Shown here one piece after another: positions 13,991-25,925 of a stretch of DNA of 64,000 nucleotides. The notes beneath the pieces are model-generated. The model was not told where the DNA came from. It saw nothing but the letters and a program-made list of their open reading frames with translations, and searched no databases. A program made the translations under genes and the position numbers. Positions within the stretch are counted from its first letter, which is position 1. Every line of letters begins with the position of its first letter. The stretch is from contig OX597814.1 in assembly GCA_951406725.2 (NCBI GenBank), positions 167,152,001 through 167,216,000 on the forward strand, written 5' to 3'. This DNA is from Octopus vulgaris. Its lineage: Eukaryota.

Positions 13991-14969
13991 CACTTGCCTG
14001 GAGACCCTGGACACCTGCAGGTGAAAATCAGAGTAGCAAGAGACTGAGTCAACCAGAACAAAATATATATTATTAATCTCTACTATAGTTTTCATGTTTT
14101 ACTTTGTTTTTGAAGTGATTGATATAAAGATTGAATTCAGGTGTGATGAAAATAATTTTTAATAGTGGCACTCAAAGTAGATGAAGTTATAGATAATAGC
14201 TCCATCCACCCTTTGGCTGGAAAAAAGTCAAAGGTTAAACTTCTAGTTTTTCTTTTATTTATTTCGAGTTCCCATTGTTAAAAATAATTTACTTCAATTC
14301 TCTCAAAGTTTCTAAATTCTAATGATGTAAACTTCAGATGTAATATTTTCTTATTCATAACACTTTTAGACTTTTAAGACTTTTAATCATGTATTTTAAA
14401 CAAACATAGAGAAGAAATAGGAAATTACTTTTTCTTCATCACCATCAAAGAGTTCAAGAAAGCTTGCTTGTGTTCCAGTTGTACCTTTTACTCCACGGAA
14501 TCGTAGATCATCTCTGGCTCTCTCTATGTTAGTGAGATCTTTTAATAAATCTTGGATCCAGAGACAAGCTCTTTTACCGACAGTAGTGAGCTGAGCAGGT
14601 CTAATTTTAAAATCAAAATGAAAAAATTAAAATTACAGAAATAAAAAGAGAAGCTGAACCTTAAAAAAAAGAATAAAAACTTATAGCATACAATCGATTA
14701 TTACAGGTATACATTTAATTTACAGTCCAGAACTGTTAGTGATAGTTTCATGAATTGACCTTCCTAATGAAAGGAAGTTCGATGCTCATCAGACGGTTCT
14801 GGGCCTGTGAATTCGATTTCAAATGATCAACTGTCAAATCATGAAATAATAACCACATCTGACTGAATTAGGCATATGTGCAGGATTATAAATGAAACGT
14901 GAAAAACAAACAGAGTTGGAGTTCCTTTGAGTGATATATTCTTCTATACACAATCAAACAAACCCTCTT

Positions 14970-15013
<44 letters not shown>

Positions 15014-18000
15014 AAACTTATTTTTATCAATTTCATAAGTTCTTCAAAACAAAACTCAAAGACAGGTGAGTAACTAACTTCTGTAATATTCTCAGCTAAT
15101 AAAAGCAGTACTATATAGGCATGACTGTGTGGTTAAGAAGCTTGGTTTGCAACCAATATGGTTTGGGCGTGTCTCATTACACGACACCTTGAGCAGGCCA
15201 GCTAATGCCTTGTGAGAGAACTCGATACATGAAAGCTGTGTGGAAGCCCAGCATATGTGTGTGTGTTGTGCGCTTGTCACCACTTGGACAACTTCTTGTA
15301 ACCAAAATATTATAATTCCCTTTCTGTACACAAGCTTGGCATGTGATGGTAAATAATTTATATTAATTCATACTCACTGTAGATGAGTGTAACCCAAACA
15401 AGGAAGATCTTTATGCGCAACAGCAAAAGATGATAATCTCTGAATGCATCGAGCCAACTGAAAGAGTTATAAACACCCAAGACAGATGAAATATAAGTAA
15501 TGTTTAGATTAGGCTGCAACTGACATCTGAAGAGGGTTACACATATAACTATAATGCACTAAATATTAAACATAAAAACTAATTCTACTTCAAAGATGAA
15601 TGGTCAGCATCAAGAACAAAATTAGGCAGTAAATTACTTTGATATCATTATGTTAACACCTAAACTTTAATCAATGCTTGCATAAAAACATTCGTGTATT
15701 TTGTTTTTTTGTTTTTTACTTGACCATATATTAGTTAAGCTTGAGCAGAGGAAACATGTTCAATATGAAACAGTTAATTATTATAATCAATGAATGTTGG
15801 GAGTCACCAATTTGTAATGGTTAAGTGTAAGATCCAATTTTAACAGCTTATAAACACCAGAGGTCACCAATCATGTGTAACAATAATATACATTAAATAA
15901 ATGAGAGAAGATATTAATTGTTAGTTGAAATGGTCATTTATTTATTATTGCCATCATTACAAAGTACTTTACAACTACTTTGTGTTGTTTGAGGAATACA
16001 AGATTCTGTAGATGGTTAATTTCATTTGAGAGTGACTACTAGGGAGAGAAAGAGTAAGAGAACCTAGGCAGATAGAAAAAGTAAGAGCTGTGTTGTCCCT
16101 CGCATAAAGGTGCTTCCTCCATCAGTGCTAGAAGAAAGAAGGAAGAAAGCAAGATGCTCTTTGACCAGAGGCCAAGCAACCAAAGCGATAGGAATGATTT
16201 GAGGTTGCTTATTTATATCCTTCCTGACCAAACTAGGTCAAGCTAAACAAAGTGTTTTCCCTTTGCATCATGTATGTCTCCAGAAAGGTTAAAAGGTCAG
16301 TCTACTCTCAATAATTTCCTAGTGCAATAGGAAGGGGACTTGTAGGAAAATGTAGATTCAATTTTGAATCCTGGCTTAGAAATTTGAAAGCTATTTGTAA
16401 CAAATATAAGTTCACAAAAGAATTTCAGTTTCTTAAACTGTGCAGTGTCAGATGGAATAGGATTACAAAATTTTTAAAGAGTATATCTACAATTTAACAG
16501 TTTATAAACTTCATGAATATTCCAATAATACACTGACAGAATAGAATCTAGATGTTAGTAATCATACAATGGAAGATTGAATTCTACAAAGTTTCACTCA
16601 AAATCAAAAAAAGTTATTCAATATAATCCATTTTCTTACCTTAGGAAGTAAAATGTTGAAACCATCTTTCAAGACAATAAGATCCTATAAAGTAGAAATT
16701 TATTTCAATTACACAATATACTAGCTCCACAAACTCCCTACTCTATTCTTCACTTTTATGAAGCTAGAAACGAGTAGAGAGTCTGTCATACTATATCAGG
16801 TACATATTAGTAAAATTGGACAGACTTATATTATATAATAATAATAAATAATAATGAAATTATTGTATACAGTGCTCAGGTGCACCACAACTTGTCAGAC
16901 AGTGCATATAAAGTATATACAGTAATGTACAAATGTCTGGAAAGCGAATAATGTATGAGTCAGATACATGCTTGTGTGTGTATGGAGGGGAGAAAATCAG
17001 GTGTAGTGTTGGCGAATCTCAGAAAGCATGGAAGTTTTGAAGGATGCAGTGCTCTGACAACTTAGAACTGATGCCGGCAGTTTGTTCCATGCTTCAGCAA
17101 CTCTCAGCGTGAAAAAATATATACAAAGGTTTTGATTAAAATTGGCTGGAGGATCTCACAGCTAGTCTCAATATTCTATATTCTAAACTAATCAACTGGA
17201 TTAACAGCATTCTGCTAGTGGCTACTCTATTATAGATGTTTTTTCCAAAAAACAATAAAAACTCATTAATCCCCAAAGATCTGTAATCTCTCTGACCCTT
17301 TTTCTTCTGCACATCAATTACAGCCATATAATTACACTGTTATTTTTATAAGCCAACAATGGAGTCAACTAACCCTCAAATTTCACCTGACCACTTTGAA
17401 GAGAAGGATACATTATATAATGTAGTCCTAGATACACAATGCTTGAGTAAAGGATTGATCACAGGTTTGCTAAGAAGCAGTAACAAAAGTAATGCTATGT
17501 TTTTCATTGCTCTTTCAACCAAAAGTGTCATAAATTTTAAACCTGATCAGCCCCCTAAATAATCTATGCACTCAATATAAAAACAAAAGAAACAAATTCT
17601 ATCACATTCTGCTTTAAGGTTCAGATACCATGGTATTTAATAAGAATGAAACAAATATTTCTCAACACTGCAAAATAGTATTTAGTATGTACACCTCTAC
17701 TTCTAGACACCTCAGAAGTACAAATTACTCAATGGAGAATGTGATGATCCAAAATAATACTTAAATTTATGCTGTTGACATGGAAACACTTATTCTAAAT
17801 ATAAGTTACTTGAAAAAGTTTGGACAACAATGAAATAATATTCCAATTTCTGTTTCTTAACAATATTCAGTCATATAACTTTGTTTAACGAACAATAAAT
17901 CTAAGACTGAGCAATAGATAAATTAAAGCATAAACTACATACAGTGTTGTCTCCTACATAGGCTGATGTGGCTCCTAAATGTATTATAGGTGCAGCTTTA

Positions 18001-19028
18001 GGACAGCAAGAAGCAAATGTATGAATGTGGGCCATAACATCATGACGAACTCTTTTCTCTTCTTCAGCAGCTTGAGCGAAATCAATATTATCCAAATTGG
18101 ATTCTAATTCAGAGAGTTGTTCTTCACTGATATCCAAACTGAGAGCCTGAAACATTTAAAACATATTTTAAAATGAAATACACATTTATTATGCATAAAA
18201 TCAAAAGCTTTTCAACTGAAACTCTTAAATAACTACCTTAACCCTTTTGATACCAACCTAGCTGAAACTGCCTCTGGCTCTGTAGTGCAAATGTCTTGTT
18301 TTCAAAAGTTTTGAATTAAAATTTTCCACCAAACCTTAGTCACAATTTATGTTCCTAACACTAGCTTAATGATAACTAGGTTATTTTACTAAATTCTTTG
18401 TTATATTTAAAATTAATTGAAAGAAACTCAGAGCATCTCAAGAGAAATATGGTAACAAAGGGATTGTCTTTAGATGAATTTACTTTCCAATGTTAAAATT
18501 CTAATGTTAATAGTACTTTAGTTTTAAATTCTGTTAAATTTTCAAATGAAAACTAATTGAAATTAACTTTTATGCAGAGGTAAGATCACCATGTCTTTTA
18601 GGAAGTTAACCTAATTTGTATCACAATATATTTTTTTGTAAACACTATTAATTTATCAACATCATATCCCCTTACAATACTAATGTAACCATCTCAAAAA
18701 AAAATTTTTTTTTTTTGACAAGTTTCGCAGCCAATTTGGTAATCCTTATGTTTAGCATTATATATAAAAAAATTTGAATATTGAATAGGCATAGGAGTGG
18801 CTGTGTGGTAAGTAGCTTGCTTACGAACCACATGGTTCCGGGTTTAGTCCCACTGCGTGGCACTTTGGGCAAGTGTCTTCTGCTATAACCTCAGACCAAC
18901 CAAAGCCTTGTGAGTGGATTTGGTAGACAGAAACTGAAAGCCAGTCGTATATACATACATATATATACACACACACATATATATATATACACATATATAT
19001 ATATATATACACATATATATATATATAT

Positions 19029-19073
<45 letters not shown>

Positions 19074-22000
19074 TATATATATATATGTATGTATGTATGT
19101 ATGTATGCGTGTGTATGTCTGTGTTTGTCCCCCCCCCCCCAACGTCGCTTGACAACCGATGCTGGTTTGTTTACATCCCCGTAACTTAGCAGTTCGGCAA
19201 AAGGCTTACAAAGAATAAGTTCTGGGGGCGATTTGCTTGACTAAAGGCAGTGCTCCAGCATGGCCACAGTCAAATGACTGAAACAAGTAAAAGAGTAAAA
19301 AGTATTGTAACTTTTCACTACCAAATTCAAGTAGTTGGAATGGCTCCTATTGTTCATGACTATAATTAGACAAGCTGCAGTCTCATGATAAGATCAATAC
19401 CATGGTTGTTGTCATTATATTGTAAATCATTGGAATAAGTTGGCAAACCCTGGTAATCTACCTGAGTGCACAAGGAGTTGAAGTGTTTGCTAAGAAGTTG
19501 AAAAGAATAAATAGGAAATTGCAGATTCTCTGTTAGTTAAAGCCAAGCTTCACCTCACGAACACTACCACCACCACCATCATCATCAATATCAATAGCAC
19601 TAGTATCACTTGTACAACGACTACCACTACCAAACAGAACCTCTACATGGTCAAATGCTCTGTTAGAAATATCAGTCAAACCTACTGCAACAAGGTTCAT
19701 TGCTTAAAATATGGATATATCTAGAATGTAGTCTTTGAATGATGAGATGGCCATAACTGGAGCATCTTTGATAATGTCTGCTCAGTCAGGCCTGGCCTAG
19801 GGTGAAACAACCATAATAGCATTGTCAATGACTAAACACATAACATATCATTAGACTGTGGTTATGCTGGGGCACTGCCTTGAAGAATTTTTAGTCAGGT
19901 AAAGCCTGGTACTTATTTGATCAGTCTCTTTTGCTGAACTGCAAAGTTACAGGGATGTAAACACACCAACACCAGTTGTCAAGTGGTGGTGGAGTATATA
20001 CCACCCCCACCCATATTTATATATATTAAAAATGGAATTACCTTAGGTTTCCCATCCATAAAGAGTTTAGGTTTATGGTGTGTCATCAAACCCCCAAAAC
20101 CTATTGGCCCATAACCTCTTAAAAATATGGTGGGGGTCCATGATTTTCCCCTCCATATTTTTAAGAGGTCATGGGCCAACAGGTTTTTGGGATCTGACAA
20201 TATGCCATAAAGCTAAACCCTTTATGGACAGGAAACCTAAGGTAATCTCATTTTTAAACGTATACTACTCTACATCTTAGAGTGTGCTCTTTCTTTCGGA
20301 TTTATGTTTGTTTTTTTTTACAAACGATCGATATGTATGTATGTATGTATATATGTAATGGGTTTCTTACAGTTTTAGCCTCCCAAATCCACTCGTAAGG
20401 CTTTGGTCAGCCCAAGCCCATAGCAGAAGACATTTGCTCAAAGTTCCGCATAGTGGGACTGAACCCAGAACCATTCTTATTTCTTTATTGCCCACAAGGG
20501 ACTAAACATAGAAGGGACAAACAAGGACAGACAAACAGATGAAGTCAATTACATCGACCCCAGTGCATAACTGGTACTTAATTTATTGATCTCGAAAGGA
20601 TGAAAGGCAAATTTGAACTCAGAATGTAGCAGCAGACGAAATACCACTAAGCATTTCACCCGGCATGCTAACTTTTCTGCCAGCTCACCACCATTCTTAC
20701 CACACAGCTATACCTGCACCTGTTAGTATTTTGGGGAGGAAGACCTAAAAAGACAGGATGAAGTGGCGAAAACTAATCTAAAGATATTGAACGTTACAAA
20801 AGAGATGACAAACAACTGCAGCAACTGGCAACACTGTACTGGGACAAACCTATTCTCTCAAACAAGCAGAGCAGAAATAATGCTAATGAAATATAGATGG
20901 CAAGATGCTCTTGCTATAATTCAGCCACTGCTCCTCCCTTGCCATTTTTTCACTGTCCAATCTCAGCCTCCCCATCCAGTATGCTTTCATTCTCTGCTCT
21001 CACCCAACCTTTATGAAACCTTCCTCCCTCTATCCTTTTCTTATCTCCCTGCTCTCAGCACATTAACTTTCTATTCAGTCCCACTTCTAGTGTACCCTCC
21101 AGCCTCTCAATCTGAGATACTTTTTCTGTCCACCACCTCTATCATGTCCTTTAGCTACTCTTTCCCCTCCTTGCTTTTGCAACACTCAACCACTGCTTAG
21201 CTTTCTTTCATTCCTATGCCACCTTTGCACCTTCTCATCTCTAGTCTGTCTCCATGATCCCTCCACATCTCTTCAATGGTCTCTTCCCAGAACCTTGCTG
21301 TTTTATCATTCTCATATTTTTCCTTTCAACCCTTCCCCACTGTCCCTCTGTTTCTCAATAACACCTGATGCTAATCTCTTCCCTATCAGTCCTATCAATA
21401 CTCCTTTTCCCAACAGCGACTACTTTCTAACTCTCTCCACAGCCACCTTTTCACAACTATCAATCTGTTCCTCTTTTCATACTTTACCCTTTCTCATCAT
21501 TCAGCCAAGAACCATCTTTCTATTCTCCTTTAGTTATAGAGGCCCCAATAGGTTCTTAGACTTGCAATCTGCAAGGTACTCTCACTAGTGCTGGTACCAC
21601 AAAAAGCTCATCCAGTACACTATTTAAAGTGATTGGTATCAGGAAGGCCATCCAGCCATAGAAACTGTCAGAACAGATCATGGACACTATGTAGTCCTCC
21701 AACTTGTCATACACAGTCAAACCATCACAAGCATGGAGAATGGATGTTAAATGATAATTGCTATAGCATAATTTCTTTTGGAACTCAGTCTGTGTGTTCG
21801 TTCTTAATATTTCTATCAGGATGCTATATTTTTGTTATTCTATTTAAACAAATTATATTTACTGTGAGCTGGAATGACGATTTTTCGGGTGGACATAGTG
21901 ACATTATGTCAGGGAGTTCAGTACTATTTTTATAATGCTAAACAGAAGGCTCACGGAATCGATTTGACAAATTCGACGGTATCAAGCAAGACACCAATTA

Positions 22001-23644
22001 AATCACAATCCAATTAATTGGCGAAACTGTAAGATTCAAAGGGGAATAATTCGAAATATGCAAGTTATGTGTTCTTGTATCTCTGTCCTAACTGGAGCTA
22101 TTGCATATCTTTGTTGAACGAAAACATTATGGAAGCGAGTATCCCCACAACTTCATTCTTGTAGCATCTCTATTTGCCTGTCTTTTATGTATCACAGAAT
22201 GCGATACGATATAATGTAACGTTTAAATGTTTATTCAAGAAAAAGACTCTGAAGATTGTAACTTAAATAGAACATTCAGTTTTTATGTAAAAAAAAAAAA
22301 ATCCGATATACTAGCATACATATCTATATTTTCTTCTGTAGTACTTCTAACCTGATATCGTTCGAATGATTACCGATGCATCTAATGTTCGCACATGTTA
22401 TGGTGGAGTAGTGCAGATACCTAGTTATATCTACCGCTAGTTTCGTTATTGTACGTGAGAGTAATTCTGGCAGAGTTTGTTCTATTTCTACGGTAATACC
22501 ATTTAGGCATTTCCGTATTGTATACCTTGCGACGATGGGCTCCACTTATTCCACCATAGACTTTGTTAACCTTCCTTAGACCTTAACTAACGGCACCTCA
22601 TGGAGATGAAGGTTTCACTGTAAATGCAGCTGGGTTTAATTATTTTGGCATTCCTTCGATATAACTCGACAAAATCAAAACATTACACTTCGGGTATTTC
22701 CGTGGAAGCAAATGACAGTTCGATTCTGTTTTCTGCTTGGAAATTTGCGGATTTTACATACACACACGAAACAGGTAAAACAAATGTGCAAGGCTTTTTT
22801 AAAATGGGACATTGCTGGCATAATTTCGTTATATCTATACTCCACAACCCATGGAAATACCCGAAGTGAAATGTTTTGATTTTGTCGAGTTATATCGAAG
22901 GAATGCCATTATTTTTTGTGAATAGTATTGCCCAATGTTTTCTGCTTTTCCGTCAGTTTCGGGATAAGTACTTCAGTTCGAACAATTGAACGAACTCATT
23001 GAATTATTATATAGTATCAGTAACTTATATGGCATAACATGTGTATACCCTACGTTATCCTTAAGCAAAGTCAGAGTAATTAAAACAACGGCGATCTTTA
23101 ACTTTGGTCTTAGTAATAGTGATAGTCTGAAACAATAACAAGACCTTTCAACCTAAGAATTGTAACATACAGAAGGAAGATATAGTGTGAACAGCAATTC
23201 AATTTAGAAAAGCAATAACAATAAAATTTAGGTGGAATTCTGGATTAAGCACTTCAAATCTTTTTTTAATTTTTGGAATTTTCAGAAAGGTTTTGAAAAT
23301 TTGTGTTCTACACACGGGAATTCATATGATTATGCAAAATAGTGACAGAATACCAGTAAACTAATCTCACGCAAATAATTCTAGCTCAATTACCTATGTT
23401 AATAAAATTACGAGATCTTTGTTGCTATTGTGCGAAGTATATAAATAAACTGAAATGCAATATCAAATATGCCAAACTATTGCCGAATATGTAAATCATG
23501 TACGTTCACCTTTTGCGACTTAGCAAGCCAAAACCAAAGTTGTCTCCATGTTCTAAATTTTTTCATTTCACTGAAATTAAAAGACATCTCAGGACTAGCA
23601 TAACGAGAAACAAGAGGGCTCCGATAAGACATGTATTTCTCCAT
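4252..23644 (-). CDS. ADSL: Adenylosuccinate lyase, complete 13-exon gene (1437 nt CDS, 478 aa)
   Basis: Spliced translation runs [20 protein letters not shown]...RHDVMAH...[16 protein letters not shown]...[15 protein letters not shown]...VVLSV*. The fumarase/ASL signature [10 protein letters not shown] is intact. Exon sizes 135/204/45/80/172/47/91/70/148/91/90/177/87 keep frame with GT-AG introns. Confidence 0.97.
5321..5497 (-). CDS. ADSL: ADSL exon 12
   Basis: [30 protein letters not shown]...FIGRAPSQ; tag| ... |gtaaaa. Confidence 0.96.
6542..6631 (-). CDS. ADSL: ADSL exon 11
   Basis: [30 protein letters not shown]; tag| ... |gtaagg. Confidence 0.96.
7656..7746 (-). CDS. ADSL: ADSL exon 10
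   Basis: [30 protein letters not shown]; cag| ... |gtatgt. Confidence 0.96.
7810..8300 (-). mobile_element. RTE-clade LINE ORF fragment
   Basis: Degenerate translation ...[35 protein letters not shown] resembles the KAxGPxGxxxE motif before the non-LTR RT domain; RTE-like (GAT)n-tailed ends nearby. Confidence 0.65.
8927..9228. ncRNA. ~300-bp palindrome with a minimal hammerhead ribozyme motif in each arm
   Basis: + strand: CTGATGA(9157)-g-atagacatgt/cct/acatgtctat-GAAA(9188)-ttttaa-GTC. Mirror copy on - strand at 8998-8955. Axis about 9075. Confidence 0.7.
9883..10030 (-). CDS. ADSL: ADSL exon 9
   Basis: [48 protein letters not shown](R); cag| ... |gttact. Confidence 0.97.
11182..11251 (-). 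CDS. ADSL: ADSL exon 8
   Basis: [23 protein letters not shown](G); tag| ... |gtgagt. Confidence 0.96.
12274..12364 (-). CDS. ADSL: ADSL exon 7
   Basis: [30 protein letters not shown]; cag| ... |gtaagg. Confidence 0.95.
12921..12967 (-). CDS. ADSL: ADSL exon 6
   Basis: [15 protein letters not shown](S); tag| ... |gtagga. Confidence 0.94.
13993..14040 (+). ncRNA. Degenerate minimal type-I hammerhead ribozyme
   Basis: cttgc-CTGGAGA-ccctg...caggt-GAAA-atcaga-GTA-gcaag; perfect 5-bp stem I, core mutated; directly after (TA)n. Confidence 0.55.
14429..14600 (-). CDS. ADSL: ADSL exon 5
   Basis: [22 protein letters not shown]...[26 protein letters not shown]; tag| ... |gtaatt. Confidence 0.96.
14730..14799 (-). 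ncRNA. Degenerate type-I hammerhead ribozyme in ADSL intron 4 (sense)
   Basis: gaaccgt-CTGATGA-(long stem II cttcct/aggaag)-GAAA-ctatca-CTA-acagttc. Confidence 0.55.
15378..15457 (-). CDS. ADSL: ADSL exon 4
   Basis: [26 protein letters not shown](Q), includes catalytic His; cag| ... |gtgagt. Confidence 0.95.
16640..16684 (-). CDS. ADSL: ADSL exon 3
   Basis: [15 protein letters not shown]; tag| ... |gtaag. Confidence 0.93.
16836..17116 (-). mobile_element. 5'-truncated CR1-type LINE 3' end
   Basis: Closely matches 25080-25345; ends in a (TTA)n tail. Confidence 0.8.
17943..18146 (-). CDS. ADSL: ADSL exon 2
   Basis: [10 protein letters not shown]...[35 protein letters not shown]; cag| ... 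|gtatgt. Confidence 0.96.
18242..18462. mobile_element. piggyBac-like MITE (related copies at about 33390-33604, 34606-34860, 63513-63720)
   Basis: ttaa|CCCTTTTGATACC ... GGTAACAAAGGG termini; internal sequence recurs elsewhere in the window. Confidence 0.55.
18788..19281 (+). mobile_element. tRNA-derived SINE (octopus OR-like), with internal (TA/CA)n
   Basis: Head ggagtggctgtgtggtaagtagcttgc...ggtttagtccc with A/B-box-like motifs, gcactttgggcaagtgtcttc core, aaacaagtaaaagagtaaaa tail; near-identical copy at 49298-49700 and many partial copies. Confidence 0.85.
20026..20256. mobile_element. Inverted pair of Naiad-type PLE terminal repeats, each with a hammerhead motif
   Basis: 20026-20135 and 20147-20256 are reverse complements; cores TTGATGA...GAAACCTAAGGTA (-) and CTGACAA...GAAACCTAAGGTA (+); same family as 28600-28695. 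Confidence 0.75.
20474..20692 (-). mobile_element. tRNA-derived SINE (OK/Nin-domain-like)
   Basis: ggtggtgagctggcagaa... tgcctttcatcctttcgagatcaataaa... tail gggcaataaagaaataag; duplicated flank (acc)attctta. Confidence 0.8.
22647..22907. mobile_element. MITE with ~58-bp TIRs and 8-bp TSD (Merlin-like)
   Basis: GGCATTCCTTCGATATAACTCGACAAAATCAAAACAT... / ...ATGTTTTGATTTTGTCGAGTTATATCGAAGGAATGCC; ATTATTTT at 22639-22646 and 22908-22915. Confidence 0.88.
23510..23644 (-). CDS. ADSL: ADSL coding exon 1
   Basis: [45 protein letters not shown]; donor AAG|gtgaac. Confidence 0.93.
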
Positions 23645-23770
23645 TTTCGGATTTCTTTGGTTTGCAAAATACTCGGATATGATTTCTAAGTTCCCGCTCC
23701 GCGTGTTGTTTGACTTATTAGCCCGTAGTCTTCTAAAGCGGTGTCGAAAAGCATTGCATGCTTCTCCTGA
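23645..23770 (-). promoter_or_regulatory. ADSL 5'UTR / proximal promoter
   Basis: Locally GC- and CpG-rich stretch (ccgctccgcgtg, cccgtag, gcggtgtcga) immediately 5' of the ATG, in an otherwise CpG-poor window. Confidence 0.5.
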
Positions 23771-24525
23771 TGTAATAATAAGACAAATTATTTCCCCCCT
23801 AAATTGAAATTGATTTCATTCAGATATCCGAAAATATTTCATTAACTAATTAAAAAGTTACAGCGGGTAATTAGAAGCATATTATAAACTAATTGATGTA
23901 AGAAATAAATGATAGTATTTGTCGAAGGGAGATTACTACGAAGTACAGTGCCCGGAGCTCGTAACTATAATACTAAGGTGGCTGTTCCCCGAAACTACCA
24001 ATTACGTTTTCTCCGTTTTAACGTTGATTTTTCCAATTTGTTTGGAACATCTTTTTATGATTTTTTTTCCCACCTCATCGTTTTTTTTCATCACATCGGG
24101 ACCAATTTTGGCCAATTTTCTTGTACTATACACTTAAAAACCATAGAAGAAGCCTTTTCGGATCTTTTCGCTTTGACCGACAGATCTTTAAAATAATTTC
24201 TTTGTAACTAATCACTTTTAAACTTCGTATACTGGTAGTGTGTTACATAGAACATCTTTTTCTCTTGGCTTTCTCGAGAAAATTCTGTAGTTTGTAAGCT
24301 ATTTGTTGTTTAATTTCTTGCCTTTCCGCAATTTCTACCAATCAATGACGTCTATTGAGGTGAATACAATGTCTGCCGTACCTTGTCAACAACATTTTCT
24401 GGCGGTGTCATATCATAACAGACTATGAAACTTGGTGCAGTCCCTAGCCTTGCCAGCTCCTGTCAAGCAGTCCAATGTATGCCAGCATGAAAAGCAGACA
24501 TTAAATGATGATGATGGTGGTGGTG

Positions 24526-24558
<33 letters not shown>

Positions 24559-25072
24559 ACTCCTTGGTCATAAGTTTGCTTCATCAGAGTTGATATGGGG
24601 CAAAACTGTGACAACATATTTCTTTGAGAAATGCCAGGGACTACCTTCAGGAAATGTTTCCCAGCAGAGGTCCATTGCCAGTTTAGGCAGTATAGCAAAG
24701 TCTTTGATAATGCTTCAGGAAACTGCCCTTTCATTTAGTGCACGATTGTGTATCCTTTGTCTTGAGATGGGCTGGAAACCTTTGTTTAATGAACACAAGA
24801 TTTTGGGAGACTTACCTACAGTTATTGAGTACCAACTGGATCAATCTAGTTTCTAACAGTAACTCAGCTGTCACTATTTCCTCTTCTTCATTAAAGATTC
24901 ATACATTTTTCTTCAAAGTTTTGACAATATTTCAGCAGAAAAACATAAAAAGTATCTGCCAGGCAATTCTCTTTCCTTTGCATAAGTATCCATGGACTTC
25001 AATTCAACTGCACCCTATCCAACACCTCCATACATCTTATTCTCCTCTGGAATACAGATACCTCGGCTGCTT

Positions 25073-25925
25073 TATAATATTAATGAAATTATTGTATACA
25101 GTGCTCAGGTGCACCACAACTTGTCAAAAGTGCGTATAAAGCATATGCAGTAAGGTACAAATATCTGGGAAGTGAACAGTGTATGAGTCAGATACATGCT
25201 TGCGTGTGCATGGAGGGGAGAAAATCAGGTGTAGTGTTGGCGAATCTCGGGAAGCATGGAAGTTTTGAAGGATGCAGTGCTCCAACAACTAACAACTGAT
25301 GCCGGCAGTTTGTTCCATGCTTCAGCAACTCTCAGTGTGAAAAAATGTTTCCGAAAGTCATGGGAGCTGTGCTGTTTTCTGACTTTGTAAACATGTCCAC
25401 AGGTGTTAGACAGGTGGAGTTTGAAAAGGTGCTCAGAGTTATTGTTAGTAAGATGGTTAATAATTTTATGGGTGTCTGCCTAGTCAGTTGCCAGACATTG
25501 GAACTTCGATGTATCCATGCCCAGGGAAGTAAGGCGTTCAGAATATGGCAAATGCCTGATAGAGGGTATTCTCTTGGTTGCACGTCGCTGAACGGTTTCC
25601 AGACGATTAATATCCTGGGCAAGATAGGGGTTCCAGTCCGGTGATGCAAATTCCAGGTGAGGCCGCACCATAGCTATATAAAACCTCAGATAGATAACTG
25701 GAGAGTGGCTCACAAAGGACTTGGTAAGTGATGCCAAGACACCCTCAGCCTTCATGGCAATTTTAGCAATGTGTTTTGTCCAACACAAATCGCTGTCAAC
25801 AATAATGCCCAGGTCACGTTCTAAAGAAGACTTTTTGAGATTAGTGTTGTGGAGGGAGTAAGTAGACGCTGGGTTTTTCCTCTCAAAATGCATGGTGGTA
25901 CATTTGTCCACAGCCAGCTCCTTCT
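25073..25925 (-). mobile_element. CR1-type LINE, RT C-terminus plus 3'UTR (5'-truncated)
   Basis: ERDLGIIVDSDL...VRPHLEFASPDWNPYLAQDINRLETVQRRATKRIP...YSERL is the typical CR1 ORF2 C-terminus. Confidence 0.9.

Larger units (their letters stand above)
19848..20720 (-). mobile_element. OR-like SINE interrupted by a PLE inverted pair and a second SINE
   Basis: Reverse-complement SINE segments at 19848-19990, 20360-20473 and 20693-20720. Confidence 0.7.

Noticed and set aside
23909-24196. ORFs divergent from the ADSL promoter as a head-to-head gene
   Set aside because: No recognisable protein and no convincing downstream exons; the region looks like interspersed repeat.
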